Shown: positions 24,686 through 38,689, numbered from the stretch's first letter. The stretch is 64,000 bases of DNA from Octopus sinensis (GCF_006345805.1 NC_043009.1:44888001-44952000), one strand, 5' to 3'. The notes: generated by a model not told the origin, from the sequence alone. Translations and numbers: made by a program.

Positions 24686-26361
24686 GGACACAATGCAGTG
24701 CTAGTGAGTGATAATGAACCAACAATCTTTTGGTTTGTAGTTTCTCATACCCTATCAAAACAATTACCCATGATTCTCTCAAAACGATTACTCATGATTC
24801 ATTCACCATCTCAGTATGCAAACAAAATGCAATTTGAACTCAGTACTAGAAACTGATGAAACAATCATTAAGTTATTCTCTTTATTAATTAATTTCATTA
24901 TTTATAGTATTTAACTTACCAACTCATGCTACTTATTTAGAGCTAGTTCAACTGAGCCAGCAAGAGTGCTGGTGATGAAATATAACATCCTTATTCACTT
25001 AGCCTGCTGTCTTGCTAAATAACTACCATCATTGGCTGATATTTATTAAACAATACAATGAAATGACCAAAGCAATAAATTAAAAAGATTTTTAATTTAA
25101 AAATAGCATTATATAAACACAAGATTATGAATCAGCAAGAGAAATCCATAGAAATCAAACACAAGGCATAAATCCTTATAAACTATTCACAATAATGAGG
25201 TTAGGCTGCAAAATAGATATTCTGGACAAGTAAGGTTATTGTTCCTCCCATCCAGCTGCTTTCTAAGAAAAGAACTTCAAGAATCCTTGAAAGATTTTAA
25301 CAATTGGCCAATGCTGCAAAGATATTGGTACACAGGAAAGATAAAACACTCAAACTGCTTCTTCGCTTCTTGCATGTTCTTAGACATCTTTCTAATGAAA
25401 TACTTGTGGTACTTCCTTTTGTGTCAGCAATGTAGAATATATGAAACAGATGGGGGAATATTTATGATACAAAGAAAAACAAGCCAGCAGAAGTAGTCAA
25501 TGATATGCTTTAACAATAGAAGGGAAAGTTCCAGTTGTGATTCAATGCAAAACATTATTTTCTATTTATAATTATTATTATTATTGTTGTTGTTGTCATT
25601 TCTTTTATTCTGTCTTTCTCCAATTGTTTACTCGCTTGTTGGAAAAGCGTTGCAAGAATGATGAACAAATGCCAACACTCCAAACCAACTCCAGACAGAA
25701 ATATTTTTTTGGATACTGAAAGATGTTCAGTTCTTGGGTAGCAGAGCATCAATAGAAAGTTAATTAAAACACTTGCAGACATGTTATAGATTTTAATGGT
25801 CTGATTGCTTAAAGTCATTTCCTTTTGGCACCAGTTGCCGTTGTAAATGTCATCAATAGCCAGACACAAGGAACTGTAAGTTAATCTAATTAAATATGTA
25901 CTGGAATGGAATCATGGTACTTTCTCCTGACTATTTTTTTCTTAAAAGACATCTGTATCTTTAGAAAATAATGAAAAAACAATTATACCAACCTTTTTAT
26001 CACTAACAAACCGACATTAACACTATGATGTTTCATACCAGCCTGTGATAGTATCTATTAAGCAACACAGCAGGTTAACTGAATAAGGATGTTATATCCC
26101 ATCACAAGCATTCTCACTGGCTCAGTTCAACTAGCTCTAAATAAGTAATATGAGTTGGTGCAACCAAAAACTGTAAACAATGAAATTTACAAACTGTATA
26201 AATTGATGATTGCTTCATTAGTATTTTGAAACTGAGTTCAATTTGCATTTTGTCTATATACTAAGGTGGAGAATAGATCAAGGGTGATTGTTTTGATAGG
26301 GTATTAGAGACAACAGACCAAAAGGCTGATGGTTTATTATCAGTCCCTGGCAGTGCAAGAG
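24686..26361. mobile_element. Old element with about 330-350-bp inverted arms (24686-25041 and 26035-26361), probably an ancient PLE
   Basis: Arms about 75% identical; the + strand interior gives degenerate FLRKELQESLKDFNNWP and ILVVLPFVS, resembling the PLE RT thumb and linker. Confidence 0.45.
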
Positions 26362-27669
26362 TCCTACAAACTTCTCTGACTATGGATTGTGAGTTCAATT
26401 TCTACAACTACCAAGAAGCTGATGATAGGAAACAAAATTTAAACATAGGATACCAAAAGGCAGAATGGATACAACAAACCATTTCCTTTTATGCTCTAAT
26501 AATTCTGTCAATCAACCAACCTCGAATGGTACTTAACTCATTGAATAAAAAGGATGAAAGACTAAGTTGGCATCAGTAGGATTTGAAATCAGAACACAGA
26601 GAGCCAGAACAAACACTTACATGGCATTTTATTCAATGTTCCAATGACTACCGTTTTGTCACATTCATGCAAATCACACCCTGCTATCACTAATAAAGAA
26701 GGAAAAACACATTTTAGATGATGTAGTCCTAAATATAGTGTCTTTTATCTGACTTGTCTCAGTCATTGGACTGTGGCCATGCTGGGGCACCACCTTGAAG
26801 GAGTTTACTTGAAAAAAATTGACTGCTAAATTACAGGGTCATAAACAAACTAACACTGGCCGTGAAGCAATAACTGAAAAAAAAATAAAATGAAAGAAAA
26901 ACAGGCTAGAAGGTTGTGGTTAGAAGGCTTCTGGATGTAGTTTTGTTGGATCAAAGCTGGCCTGGGGCTAAACCACAACTGAAAGTTGTGTTACTATAGA
27001 CTAAAGCAAGTAGTGGAGTCAGTAATTTTCCACTACTAATTAATCTCTATTGATTTGTTTAATACTGAATTACATGATTTTGTCTCTACAAGCTTAACTG
27101 TTTGTTATAGCTGGCAGTTTTTACTAGAGAGAAATAGATAGACTATCAGAACACCCAAGATGACTGTGCAAATTATTATCAAATTTTTGTTTATCTTATG
27201 TGTCTCTGTATCAAGTACATGTAGCAGAAGCTAAAGTTAACTATTCCTTGAATCTAGGGTGTCCACTGGGGCTGATCATAATACTTCTTGATTCTCTCAT
27301 TTCTATAATAAGCATTAGGCAAGAGAGAAGTGGGTGGGGGAGAGAAAAGACACGAGAGATCCCTTTGGAAAGGATGTTAGACTAATGTAAAGTAACCTTC
27401 ATACAGACACACTGGAATAACTCATCTTGGCCCCTCAGCTTTTTGAAGGAGTCATAGGGGTGCCAGCATTCTTAGACCTGCAAGAGTGTATCCAGGTCTG
27501 ATCAAAACCAATTTCTTCCAGAAGAGAGAAAGACAGAAATAAGAATTGACCCTAGTACAAAACTGGTACTTTGTTTATTGACCCCAAAAGGCTAATAACA
27601 AAGCTGACCTAGACAGGATTTGAAGTCAGAGTGTATAGAGCCAGAATGGTTACTACAAAGTAAACTATA

Positions 27670-28031
27670 GGTGCAGGAGTGGCTGTGTGGTAAGTAGCTT
27701 GCTTACCAACGACATGGTTCCGAGTTCAGTCCCACTGCGTGGCACCTTGGGCAAGTGTCTTCTACCATAGCCTCGGGCCAACCAAAGCCTTGCGAGTGGA
27801 TTTGGTAGACAGAAACTGTGTTTGTGTGTCTGTGTTTGTCCCCCACAACATCGCTTGACAACTGATGTTAGTGTGTTTACGTACCCGTAACTTAGCAGTT
27901 CGGCAAAAGAGAGCGATAGAATAAGTACTAGGCTTACAAAGAATAAGTCCTGGAGTTGATTTGCTCGACTAAAGGCGGTGCTCCAGCATGGCTGCAGTCA
28001 AAATGACTGAAACAAGTAAAAGAGTAAAGAG
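27670..28031 (+). mobile_element. SINE family 2, well-preserved reference copy
   Basis: tRNA-like head ggtgcaggagtggctgtgtggtaag..ggttccgagttcagtccc, central domain, tail ggcggtgctccagcatggctgcagtcaaaatgactgaaacaagtaaaagag. Confidence 0.9.
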
Positions 28032-29263
28032 TATCCAGTTCTCTAATGACTCTGCCAGTTTGCCATCTATTGACATGTCTGTGAACCAAAAGTCATCTAC
28101 TTTGTCTTTGCAGTCAGGATGTTTTGCAAACTATCATATTTAATATAATATACATATTAAATATATATACCAGATGTTAGCTGTTAGATAAACTTTATAT
28201 TACATTGCACTTTTACTTTTGCATAATTAATTTAATTTTTCTTATTTTATTCCTTTGATAATTATTTCGACCATTGCAAAAATCCAAATGACTCCAAAAA
28301 AATAATTTAATATTCATAAATGTAACATTTAATTGGTAAATAATCATATGTTTCACATTACTATGTGATTTGGTTACTCACCGGGGATAAAAAAAATGTC
28401 TATAATTCTTCCTGTTATTTGTTATTAAAATGAAGTTTTGAAATTATAAATATTTTGATGAACAGGGAATTGGCAAAAATAGCAGAGTTGAAGTTCAAGT
28501 CACATTAAGGTTGAACTAAGCTTTGATGTCTCAGGGGATTAATAAAATAAATACCAAGCAACTACCTTGTTGCACAAGTTACCATCATCATCGTCATTTA
28601 CATCCATTTTTCTATGCTGGTATGTGTTAGGTGGATTGTTACAGTTCAAGTCAGTGAGTGATGACTCTTACACAGCTTTTGAGACAGAGATTAAACTTCA
28701 ATGTTGAAAGGAGTAAGATGTGACTTCAAGTCACATCTCTGTTGCATCATTGCAAAAGAGAAAAGAAAAAAAAAACAAGGGGACCTAGCACTGAAGTGGG
28801 CTTAACGATTTAGCTGCTATTTCCTGCATGTCAAGTGACCACATAGAGGCTTACTCATTGGCTTATGATTCACTTATTAATCTACAAAGGTGATAAATCT
28901 CAGAAATTAGGAAATAATTTGTTAAGTTGAATCAGAAACTCAGTTAATATTTACCTTCACATGGTTCACAATTACTTTGCGGAAAGGCATGAAAACTCAA
29001 AACTTCACACTGGCCCTTCTCATACCCAAAATTTTAAGCTACATTCATATTTGCATGTAAATATGAAAGTATGATAAGACAACAAATGTACAATGAAATA
29101 AGAAGGCAAGGAAACAAACAGGCAGAATCAAAGTATTACAGAGAACTCCATGTGGTACTCTGGTTCTCTGCATTTTGAGTTCAAATGCTGCTGAAGTCAA
29201 TTGCTTTTGTCCTTTCAGGGTTGATAAATAAAGAAGTAACAGGCAAGTAGTTGGGTCACTTCT

Positions 29264-29368
<105 letters not shown>

Positions 29369-30649
29369 CTCTCTCCTTCTCTGGATTACACATGCAATTC
29401 AAGGATCCAGTGTTGTCACACTGTGTCTTAATGATTCAGCCTGAGAATTGTATTAATAATACATGTGTCTGTAGAATACTCGGCCACTGACACATTAGTT
29501 TCATGAATAAGAAATTCAGTTAATCTAACAATTGCAAGCACATCTGTGAGAAGTCATTACCAGTTAGGAAAAAGCAACACAAAAACATCATCGCTATACA
29601 TTCCCCCTATTTCCCTATGGTAATGCCATAGCGAAATTCATTTGCAAGTCAAAATATGATAATAATTTTCCTTTTTAAAAGCATCACTAAGTAATAAATA
29701 TAGAAAATGCATAATGAAAATATGCAAAACCTGATGAATGATAATACAAATCTATTTGATAAAAACTTCTGAGCAATGTAAACTATATTTGGGCATATGA
29801 AATTAACTTCAAACTGCTAACATTATGGTTACATATTTATGATAAATGACTGACTTAGAAAATGCTTTTAATTAAATCAAGATAAAATACATTACGGACT
29901 TTTACTTTCAAACTTGGAAACAACTCATTTTTTTGTTACTTTTTTTTTTTCATGCTACTACATAGGGGGTAATTTTTTGCATATCTCAGCATTTACAATC
30001 TGCATAGAAAAGTGTTGCAAATTTGCATACAAAAACAAATATAGTCATGTAGAAAAAATATTATCACAGCTTTGATCACAAATTTCTGTAATAAAAAAAA
30101 TGCAAGGAAAAAAAAAACAATAATAAATAACAATAAATGTAAAAATTTAGATTTGTATTCTTGGAGTTTTTCTCATTTTTTTTTTTTTTTTGAAAAATTT
30201 GACTCAACCCCATCATCAGTGAGACAGATGAGGAGTTAATTCTGAGTAAAAGGTGTGTCACAAATCATATCTATAAATAAGTGTAATGACTATCTGCTTT
30301 GCTGGAAGTCTGCTTATTAAAAAGAAGGTGTTATGGTCTCATGAAGCTTATTATCCTAGATTTAATACTACTTCAAAGTTAATAGGCAATTCTGTTATTG
30401 AGTAGGGATTGTAAGTAGTATGTTTCTTTCTCTATAAGAAGACTTCACACAGCAAACTAATTAAACATCTATTAGTAATACAATGCTCTCATCACTTACA
30501 GCAAAGTATATATCATCATCATCATCATCACCACCATCATAACCATCTTTCCTACTTACCAAAACTTCTATCTTTGCTAAGTTTACCTCAAGACCTCTTG
30601 ATCTAGATTTAGCTTCCATGCCTGGAATTTTCATTCTAATTCCCCTATA

Positions 30650-30860
30650 GCATGCTGGGCGAAATGCTTAGCGGTATTTCGTCTGCCATTATGCTCTGAG
30701 TTCAAATTCCACCAAGGTCGACTTTGCCTTTCATCCTTTTGGGGTTGATAAATTAAGTACTAGTTATGCACTGGGGTCAATGTAATTGACTCAATCCCTT
30801 TTGTCTGTCCTTGTTTGTCCCCTCTATGTTTAGCCCCTTGTGGGCAATAAAGAAATAATA
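30650..30860 (+). mobile_element. SINE family 1 (tail variant)
   Basis: Same head, core and tail as 21961-22233. Confidence 0.85.
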
Positions 30861-31951
30861 AACATACATATATACACACATGTATATAAACACACATATG
30901 TATGCATGCATGTATTTGCACACACCATACACACGCACACTCTCAGGTGGTATCAGTTTCCAACTATTTAAAATTAGTAACTGAGAGTTAGGTAACTTGA
31001 CTATCGATAAAGTTTAGTGGATTACTACTGAGAGGTTCAACAAACTATGAGTCTTGGGTTCAGGCAACTAGGGTCTCATCAACACAGACAGTTAAAATCA
31101 AACTGTGTTTTTAAATTCCAGTTGAAGTGTCAATAACTATCATCATATCCATAACCAAAACATGCCACTCAACTGGGTCAGTCTCTCTACTTAAATATAA
31201 GTAGTAAACAGAAATACAGTTCACTGATGCAAGAAGCAGAAGCACAGTATAACTGCAGAGTATTTCATTACTTGGTAATGCTAACTTACAATTATTGGAT
31301 TTGGGTCAAAATATTATATAGTTGTTAAAGATAGTGTTGATATGTGAGACTATCAGGATATCAAAGACAACCAACTGAGGGCAGATTGTTTTATATCACC
31401 TAAATAGATACTATGAGCCAATGAGACTGCTTCTATGTAGTCAGTCGATGTGCTAGAAATAGCAAACTATCAATGGCAATATGGATGAATGCAATAGTTA
31501 ATTATTCTAGATACATAATATCTGGGAATAAGATAGCTATGACAGGAATGCTTTTGAATAAAGGCCTCCTTGATTAGGATTGACCTGGGGCTAAACAATA
31601 CTTCTAACATAAGGTCACAAATCTGCTAGGAAGAAAACAGTCAATTACATCATCTTCAATATTTGACTAGTACTTTATTTTATTGACCTCAGTGGGATTT
31701 GAACTCAGAATGCAATGAACCAGAACAAATACAGCAAGGCATTTATCCAACACACCCAGGATTTTGCCATTCTGCTACTCTAAATCTAGTGCTAAATAAT
31801 GTTTATAATATGGAAGTGCTTGCAAAGCCAACTTCAGTTTAACTTGAAGAGAAAATTAAATTTTAATATTCTAACAACATATCCAGGGAGAGATATAACT
31901 CTCATTTGATAAATGAAACAGAAGTCATTTGTACCAAGTAGTGGCTTTATA

Positions 31952-32856
31952 TTGGGTCATCCCATAAATAATGTGGTTTTTTCAACTGCATGAACTAAAA
32001 GACAGAGAGGGTCGGTATAAACTACATGCATCAACTTGCTATAAAAGCAGGTACCTTGCCCTTATTCTTAGTGCAAGTTTTGAAGAGTACAGTTTGATTT
32101 TAACAGTTATTTTTTTCAAAGCTAGTATGAATGTGAAAAAGGAGCACATTTGACATATTTTGCTTTATGAGTTCCATAATATTAATAATGCAACAGAAAG
32201 TGTGAGGAATATTATTGCAGTATATGAGGATCAGACAATAAGCGTAAGCCAGTGTCAACGGTGGTTCCAGAAATTCCAAGCTGGAAACTACAGCCTAGAA
32301 GATGTGCCTCGTCCTGGAAACTTGATGAGGACATCCTGCAAACCCTGGTGGAACGAAATTCCATCATAATTGTTGAGGAACTAGCAGAGAAGCTTGGATT
32401 TGGTCATTCAACCATTCATCGACACCTGTGTGCCATCAGAAAATGACCATCTTCAGTTTCAAGACAAAAGATGTTCTTCCATCAGGATAATGCTTGGCCA
32501 CATACAGTGAGGATGTCATGCCAAAGGCTGGAGCAGTTTGAACAGAAAACGATGCTCCACAAACCATATTCACCAGACATTGCCCCATCTGATTATCTTT
32601 TATTCTGCAGTCTTCAAAATTATTTGGACGGTAAAAATATGAATTCTGTAAATGAGGTCAGAACAGTACTGGAGGAGTATTTTTCATCATGGACAAGTGA
32701 ATTTAGGAAGAGGGGCCTTGCAAGTCCAGAGAGATGGAAGAGCATTGTAGAAAATGAAGGAGAGAAAATTTTAGATTAAAAAAGAACTTTGTTTATCTTA
32801 ATTTCGACAAATAAAAGAAATATGAAAAAAACCGCATTATTTATGTGATGACCCAA
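31952..32856 (+). mobile_element. Internally deleted mariner (DD34D) transposon
   Basis: TIRs ttgggtcatc(c/a)cataaataatg(t/c)ggttttttt, TA on both sides, HTH remnant, FHQDNA.PH and PYSPDIAPSDY motifs; WVPH to first-D region missing. Confidence 0.95.
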
Positions 32857-33539
32857 TATTTTATTCGTATTCGCATTTGTTCTCACCCCAATCACCTACA
32901 CTTCCATAATCTGCAAGTTATATCATAGTATATCACATATATATATATGTGAGAAAAAAGAAAATAGAGAAATTGATGTATAGACATAAGTTCATAAAAA
33001 TGAAATTTTTATCCCATTTTATATTGATTGGAATATCTTTGAATAAACTGATGTCTTTATGCCAATTTCTCCATTTTCTTCTTTTTTCTCATTCATAAAT
33101 ACTTAAATACCAATATACACCAATGCAAAACTAAAGTATTCAGTTTTCAATGGAACACTGGTATAAACCAGAGAACTAGGATGCAAACATCTCTTAAAGG
33201 ACAATAGGTCCTTGGCATAATTTATATATAAATATAAGTATTATACTGTATATGAAGTATTATATATAATGGGTTATAATTATTTTGTAGTAACAAAATA
33301 GCAGAGTGAATAAGGTACTGAACTGCGAATTGAAAATCTTTTAACTTCAAATCTACTGCAAGCATTTTATTAGGTTTCTATGTGGGATACTGTGTTTGAC
33401 ATGCCTCAGTTAATCCACCTGTTAGTAATAGGCACCAGATCATCTGAGAATTTTGTCTGTGATAGATTAATATTTTACACTGTCTATCTCTATTCACTGT
33501 CATTCCATTGAATTTTGTCCAACCAAATTTGATGACTGG

Positions 33540-33990
33540 CATCTGTGCTAGTGGAGCGCTAAGAGTACTATCCGAGCGTGATCGTTGCCAGAATGGCTAA
33601 CTGGCTTCCGTGCTGGTGGCACGTAAAAAGCACCATTCGAGCGTGATCGTTACCAGTGTCGCCTTACTGGCACGTGAAAAAACATTCAAGCAAGATCGTT
33701 ACCAGTGCCACTGGACTGGCTACTACTGTGCAGGTGGCATGTAAAAAACACCATTTGAGCATGGCCGTTGCCAGTACCTCTTGACTGGCCCTCATGCCGG
33801 TGGCATGTAAAAGCACCCACTACACTCTTGGAGTGCTTGGCATTAGGAAGGGCATCCAGCTGTAGAAACTCTGCCAGATCAAGACTGGAGCCTGGTGCAG
33901 CCATCTGCTTCGCCAGTCCTCAGTCAAATCGTCCAACCCATGCTAGCATTGAAAGCAGACATTAAACGACAATGATGATGATGATGATGT
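33540..33990 (+). mobile_element. RTE LINE 3' UTR with about 5 tandem units and (TGA)n tail
   Basis: Repeated ggcacgtaaaaa(gc)acc..gagcgtgatcgtt(g/a)ccag units, then the conserved terminal block. Confidence 0.85.
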
Positions 33991-34544
33991 TGACATTGAT
34001 ATGATTTTAGGATCTAAAATTTCCACCTGCCATTGGAACATCCATAGAAACATAAGTTGAAAGCTTCATGTCACCAAACAGTTTTAGGGGGCTGCTTCTA
34101 TTTATACTAAAACTTGGTTGTAGCTGTGTCATTTCATGTAAATTTAGTATTTTAATTCTGTTAGTGAGGTTTTTAACCAGTAACCAGGTTAACAAGAAGA
34201 AAATGTATCCTGTATCAAAAACAAAGAAAAATAATTTCTCTAATACTACAATAAAATTTTCCACAATCCTTAATGCTAGATATAGTAACCAACTCTCCCT
34301 CAAGTCACACTCACCTGTCTTACATAAAGGAAGCACATATTGTATCATATAACCCTAGTTCAGCTTTTGAATAATACATCAAGGACAAATCGGTTTAGTA
34401 AATTCCAACCCTTTAGAAAGATGTCAACAATAGCTACAAAATGTAAGATAAATTGACTCAACTAAAATTCAAGCCTTCATTACAGATTGAGCTTCACAAA
34501 TGCTTGCCATTTCTCTACAGAGTAATTATATTTAATTGCAATAT

Positions 34545-34712
34545 ATTAAACCCCATTGATACCAACCCACCTGAGACCATCCTTGGTACTACAATACACA
34601 CTTCATCCTTTAAAGTGATCTAAATTTAAACTTTCCATCAGGACTTCATGTCTACCAGATTAATAATTGAAACAAAGTGTATTTCAAGAGAAATATGGCA
34701 ACAAAATGGTTA
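34545..34712 (+). mobile_element. Degenerate piggyBac-like MITE
   Basis: Starts ttaaacccc and ends aaaatggttag (decayed TTAA-CCC...GGG-TTAA); 3' part shared with 1-160. Confidence 0.4.
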
Positions 34713-36276
34713 GATTTCCTGGAACTATCATTAATACTTGCGCAAAATTCATAAAGTCAATGTTAAAACAGTGCAAAAAAATTGCATCAAATTTCAGGTG
34801 TCACAAAACAGAATCAGATGTTATTCTCATTTATAACCCTAGAAACTGTGTCATCCAGTTCTAGTGAGTCACAAATACAAACAACAAACAAATAAATAAT
34901 AGTGGAACTATGTAAATTAGAGAGAGATGCTGATAATTTGACTTGTACCATACAATTACTCATAGCGTAATATGGATTTGTAGGCAACATTAACTTGCCT
35001 TAAAGACTGAGTGCAAGTGAAATGAGATTTACAGTTGGAATTTTCTGACTCAATTCCAACCATTCTGAGGATTGACTTTAGCTAGTTATTCTTTCTAACA
35101 ACAAAATGGACATTTTCATAGCCTTTTCCCAGTGGTTTGAAAGTAAAACAAGGGAAACTGAAACCCAGAACTACACCATCTAGCATCACTCTATCGTTAC
35201 AAGAACTGATTTTGTGAAATCTACTACATATGTGGGAAATTCTGTCTGTAGGTGTATTTGTGGAGTTTCATCAATTTTGATGAAACTGAACACATGAGTA
35301 GAACTCATGTCTGGAAAACTCATGACATACTCAGATTGTGGGGAAAAAAATCGATAATAGGGCCCCTGGAAAGGATCTTTATATATATCTAATATATTTT
35401 AAAAACCAAGGGAAATTCGCCCCTGGAAGGGATCCTTATATATAGCCAAGGGAAATAACCCTTTCATTTTCTTAAATTAGCAATCACACCCACTTCATGG
35501 CCATTTTTGTTCCTGTCTGTTTCACATGAGGATTGATCATTTGAAGTCATCAATGACATCAACAGGGAGGAACAACTCAATCAGGATGATACTGAAATAC
35601 TTGGACACAAGAAACAATCAAAGAAAATAGTTGGCTGCTGAGCCAATGTGTATAAGGTAGACAGTTCATCTAACTTTTAGTGGTAATGTACGGAGGGGGC
35701 AATACCTAAGGAGTGGAAAGGGACAATAGAAAGGAAGAGTAGCTTGAAGTAAACGAGGAAAGATATGGAGAAGTGATTGAGGGTGGCTCCAAGATTTCAG
35801 GAACAATATGATATTAAATTGTGTAGAATGGCAGTAGCCCCAAGCCATGCCACAGACCCACTCAAACTAGGCCAAAAAGCAAAAAAGCAAGCCATAATAG
35901 TCTTTCATTTTGCTAGATATAGCAGCCAACTCTCTCTCAAGTTACACACACCTGTCTTATACAAAGCAAGCACATATTGTATCATATAATCCTAGATATA
36001 CTATGTCTGGGAAAACAAAAAGTAAAACACATGATAAGGGGTGGAATTCCATTGAACAGAACTGAACTACAACTAAGCACCAACAGACATTAAAACAATG
36101 ATGATGATGTTTCCTACTAAGAATTATAAAAAAGGGTTCCAAACATGACCAGCCTACTTGTAGTGGGTATATACAACTATATAAATTAATATGTCCTTTT
36201 ACTTATTTAGGATGGTAGAGTGTGATACCACCACCCAAGTTTCCATATATATACATACACACATATATATGTATAT

Positions 36277-36307
<31 letters not shown>

Positions 36308-36430
36308 CTGTAAATGTAATATGTGACAATTATTCGGTAGCAATTGTCACATATTACATTTACAGATAAATTCCTCTATTTACATAATATCAAGGTCTCT
36401 TTCTTTCTTTTGTTGTCTTACCATTTTTAT

Positions 36431-36509
<79 letters not shown>

Positions 36510-36567
36510 GTATGTTGATGCAAACAGGAAATACAGAACTCAAAATGTGAGCATATGTATATTGTTA

Positions 36568-36701
36568 TTAATATTTAGCAGAAGTAAAAGAGTGATTCAA
36601 GGTCAGGTAGTTTTGTGTGTTGGCACTTATCAAACTAGTTTCATAAGTGCCAATGCACGAAACTCTCAGACCTTGAATCACTCTGTTACTTCAGCTAAAT
36701 A

Positions 36702-36705
<4 letters not shown>
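36568..36705. mobile_element. Compact fold-back hairpin, PLE-type family E, with U3-A8 hammerhead-like cores back to back
   Basis: About 65-bp arms around the palindrome aaactagttt; - strand TTGATAA gtgc caac acac aaaa, + strand ttcataa GTGC caat GCAC GAAA; stems I and III not recoverable. Confidence 0.55.
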
Positions 36706-36777
<72 letters not shown>

Positions 36778-37020
36778 TGTTATTATGTTAAACTATCATA
36801 TATCCAAATTTGGTCAAATGCATTTTTTTTTTCAAAATTTTTGCTTGCAATAGCCAGTTCTTTTGGTCAAACTATCGTATCTCCAGCTGCTTTAGATGCC
36901 AAGACATCAAAAATTGTCAAAGCATAGTAAAACGATTTTGTTATGGAATGGTGAAATTATTTTTTCGTTTTCTGGAAAAGCAACATTTTGGATTTACGAC
37001 ACGTTTGCATAATAGAAACG

Positions 37021-37051
<31 letters not shown>

Positions 37052-37127
37052 TATATATACATATGTATATACATACACACACATACATATATGCATATAC
37101 ACTCAAACATATATGCATATACTCACA

Positions 37128-37410
37128 CATCATCATCATGTAACGTCCGTTGTCCATGCTGGCATGGGTTGGACAGTTTGACCAGAGTGGTAAGCTGAGG
37201 GGCTGCACCAGACTCCTGACTGCACCAAACACCAGACTGATTTGGCATGGTTTCCACAGTTGGATACCCTTCATACTGCCAACCAGTCTGAGAGAGTAAT
37301 GGGTGCTTTGCCACTGGCACGAGTGCCACTTGCATGACACTAGTATCTGCCACAACTACAATTTCATTTGGCTTGATGGGTCTTCTACTCAAGCACAGCA
37401 GATTACCAAA
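37128..37410 (-). mobile_element. RTE LINE 3'-end fragment
   Basis: catcatcatcatgtaacgtccgttgtccatgctggcatgggttggac.. Confidence 0.8.
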
Positions 37411-37428
37411 TGTCTATCATTTTGCCAC

Positions 37429-37519
<91 letters not shown>

Positions 37520-37548
37520 AACATATATAGTTCTATCAGCATATATAT

Positions 37549-37749
37549 CAGTGGTTTTCAACCAGGGTTCCGCCAGTACAGTCCAAGGGTTCCGCAAGAA
37601 GTTACAAAAATGCTAAAATCAACACTAATTTTTAATTCTCCTGTGCAGATATGTGTGCATAAGACAATTAAATTATTGCACAGGGGTTCCTCGAGCCAGT
37701 GGAATGTTTCCTTGGGGTTCCGCTCCAGCAAAAAGGTTGAAAAGCACTG
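37549..37749. mobile_element. hAT MITE (201 bp)
   Basis: TIRs cagtggttttcaacc / ggttgaaaagcactg; 8-bp TSD atatatat at 37541-48 and 37750-57. Confidence 0.9.
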
Positions 37750-37768
37750 ATATATATAGATACATGTG

Positions 37769-37801
<33 letters not shown>

Positions 37802-37825
37802 TGTTTATTTTAGTGTAAATTTACG

Positions 37826-37928
37826 TATAAAAACAATAAACTGAACGATCACTCAGTACTGTTCAGAAGAGTACTTTTTTTTCTTTTTTACAAAAAATAA
37901 AGTTGTTGTAACATCGACGATGGTAAGC
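37826..37928 (+). promoter_or_regulatory. Candidate core promoter and ATG-only first exon
   Basis: TATAAAA at 37826, Inr TCAGT with A at 37855 (TATA at -29), ATG at 37920-22 followed directly by donor GTAAGC; lies at a CpG rise. Confidence 0.5.
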
Positions 37929-38689
37929 AAACCAAAACTTCGAAGTCACTATTAACATTTTCTTTACACACAACGCACACATGTGCGTATATATAAATAA
38001 GCGTGTATGTGTGTGTGTGAATAAACAGGTGAACACAAACATTTCTTGTAAGAAAATAAATTGAAAGTAGTTGGTATTTTGGTGCCCGGTGCAAGCAAAG
38101 TCGCTTCATTTTAAAATATCAGAAGATTAATTAAAACTATAACGAGTACCATTACTAATTAGTAGATATATTGACAAAAAATATATAAGTGACGGGGGGG
38201 GAGGAGAACAGAGATCTGTGGCGAGTTGTAGCAGTGATGTGCAATTGTGGTTGTTACTGCAGAATTTTTGAGCAAAACGATCCGCCAACACAATAATACT
38301 AGGCTACTATAGAGTGCACAACTAACAGCTGTTAGTGCTCTCCCCCTCTCTACTTATTTTATATTACACTGCACAGCAGGTTTCCCCCCACCCTCTCTAT
38401 TCAATCATATTCTGTATATCAACTGTTCCCCAGACTCTCTTCTCTCTCTCTCTCTTTCAATCACCATATCTCTTTTGAATTCATCCACCGAATTTCCAGT
38501 ACCATCGCACACAAACACACATACACACACACACACACCTCTGTCTTCCGCTTCTTGCAAGAAGACTGGTGAAGGATAAACATAACGATTCTCTCAGCAA
38601 GAAATAAAGATGCCAGTTCACTTCGTGGGATACCTCTTGGCTTCATTATAAACACAGCTTTGTATCTGTGTATCATATGTATGAGTGAG

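Noticed and set aside
25380-25425. KRKYHK, resembling a Merlin transposase motif
   Set aside because: The flanking DE and WVFG motifs are absent; PLE-like motifs on the other strand fit slightly better
26276-26579. About 100 open codons on the + strand
   Set aside because: Overlaps an inverted-repeat arm and runs into a SINE; no motif
33560-33810. Repeat-spacer-like pattern resembling a CRISPR array
   Set aside because: These are degenerate tandem units of the RTE 3' UTR in a eukaryotic context, with no cas genes
34260-36010. Direct repeat of about 110 bp at 34260-34365 and 35900-36010 suggesting LTRs
   Set aside because: The same motif (gctagaaatagcagccaa..) is scattered through the window as an interspersed repeat; no PBS, PPT or TSD
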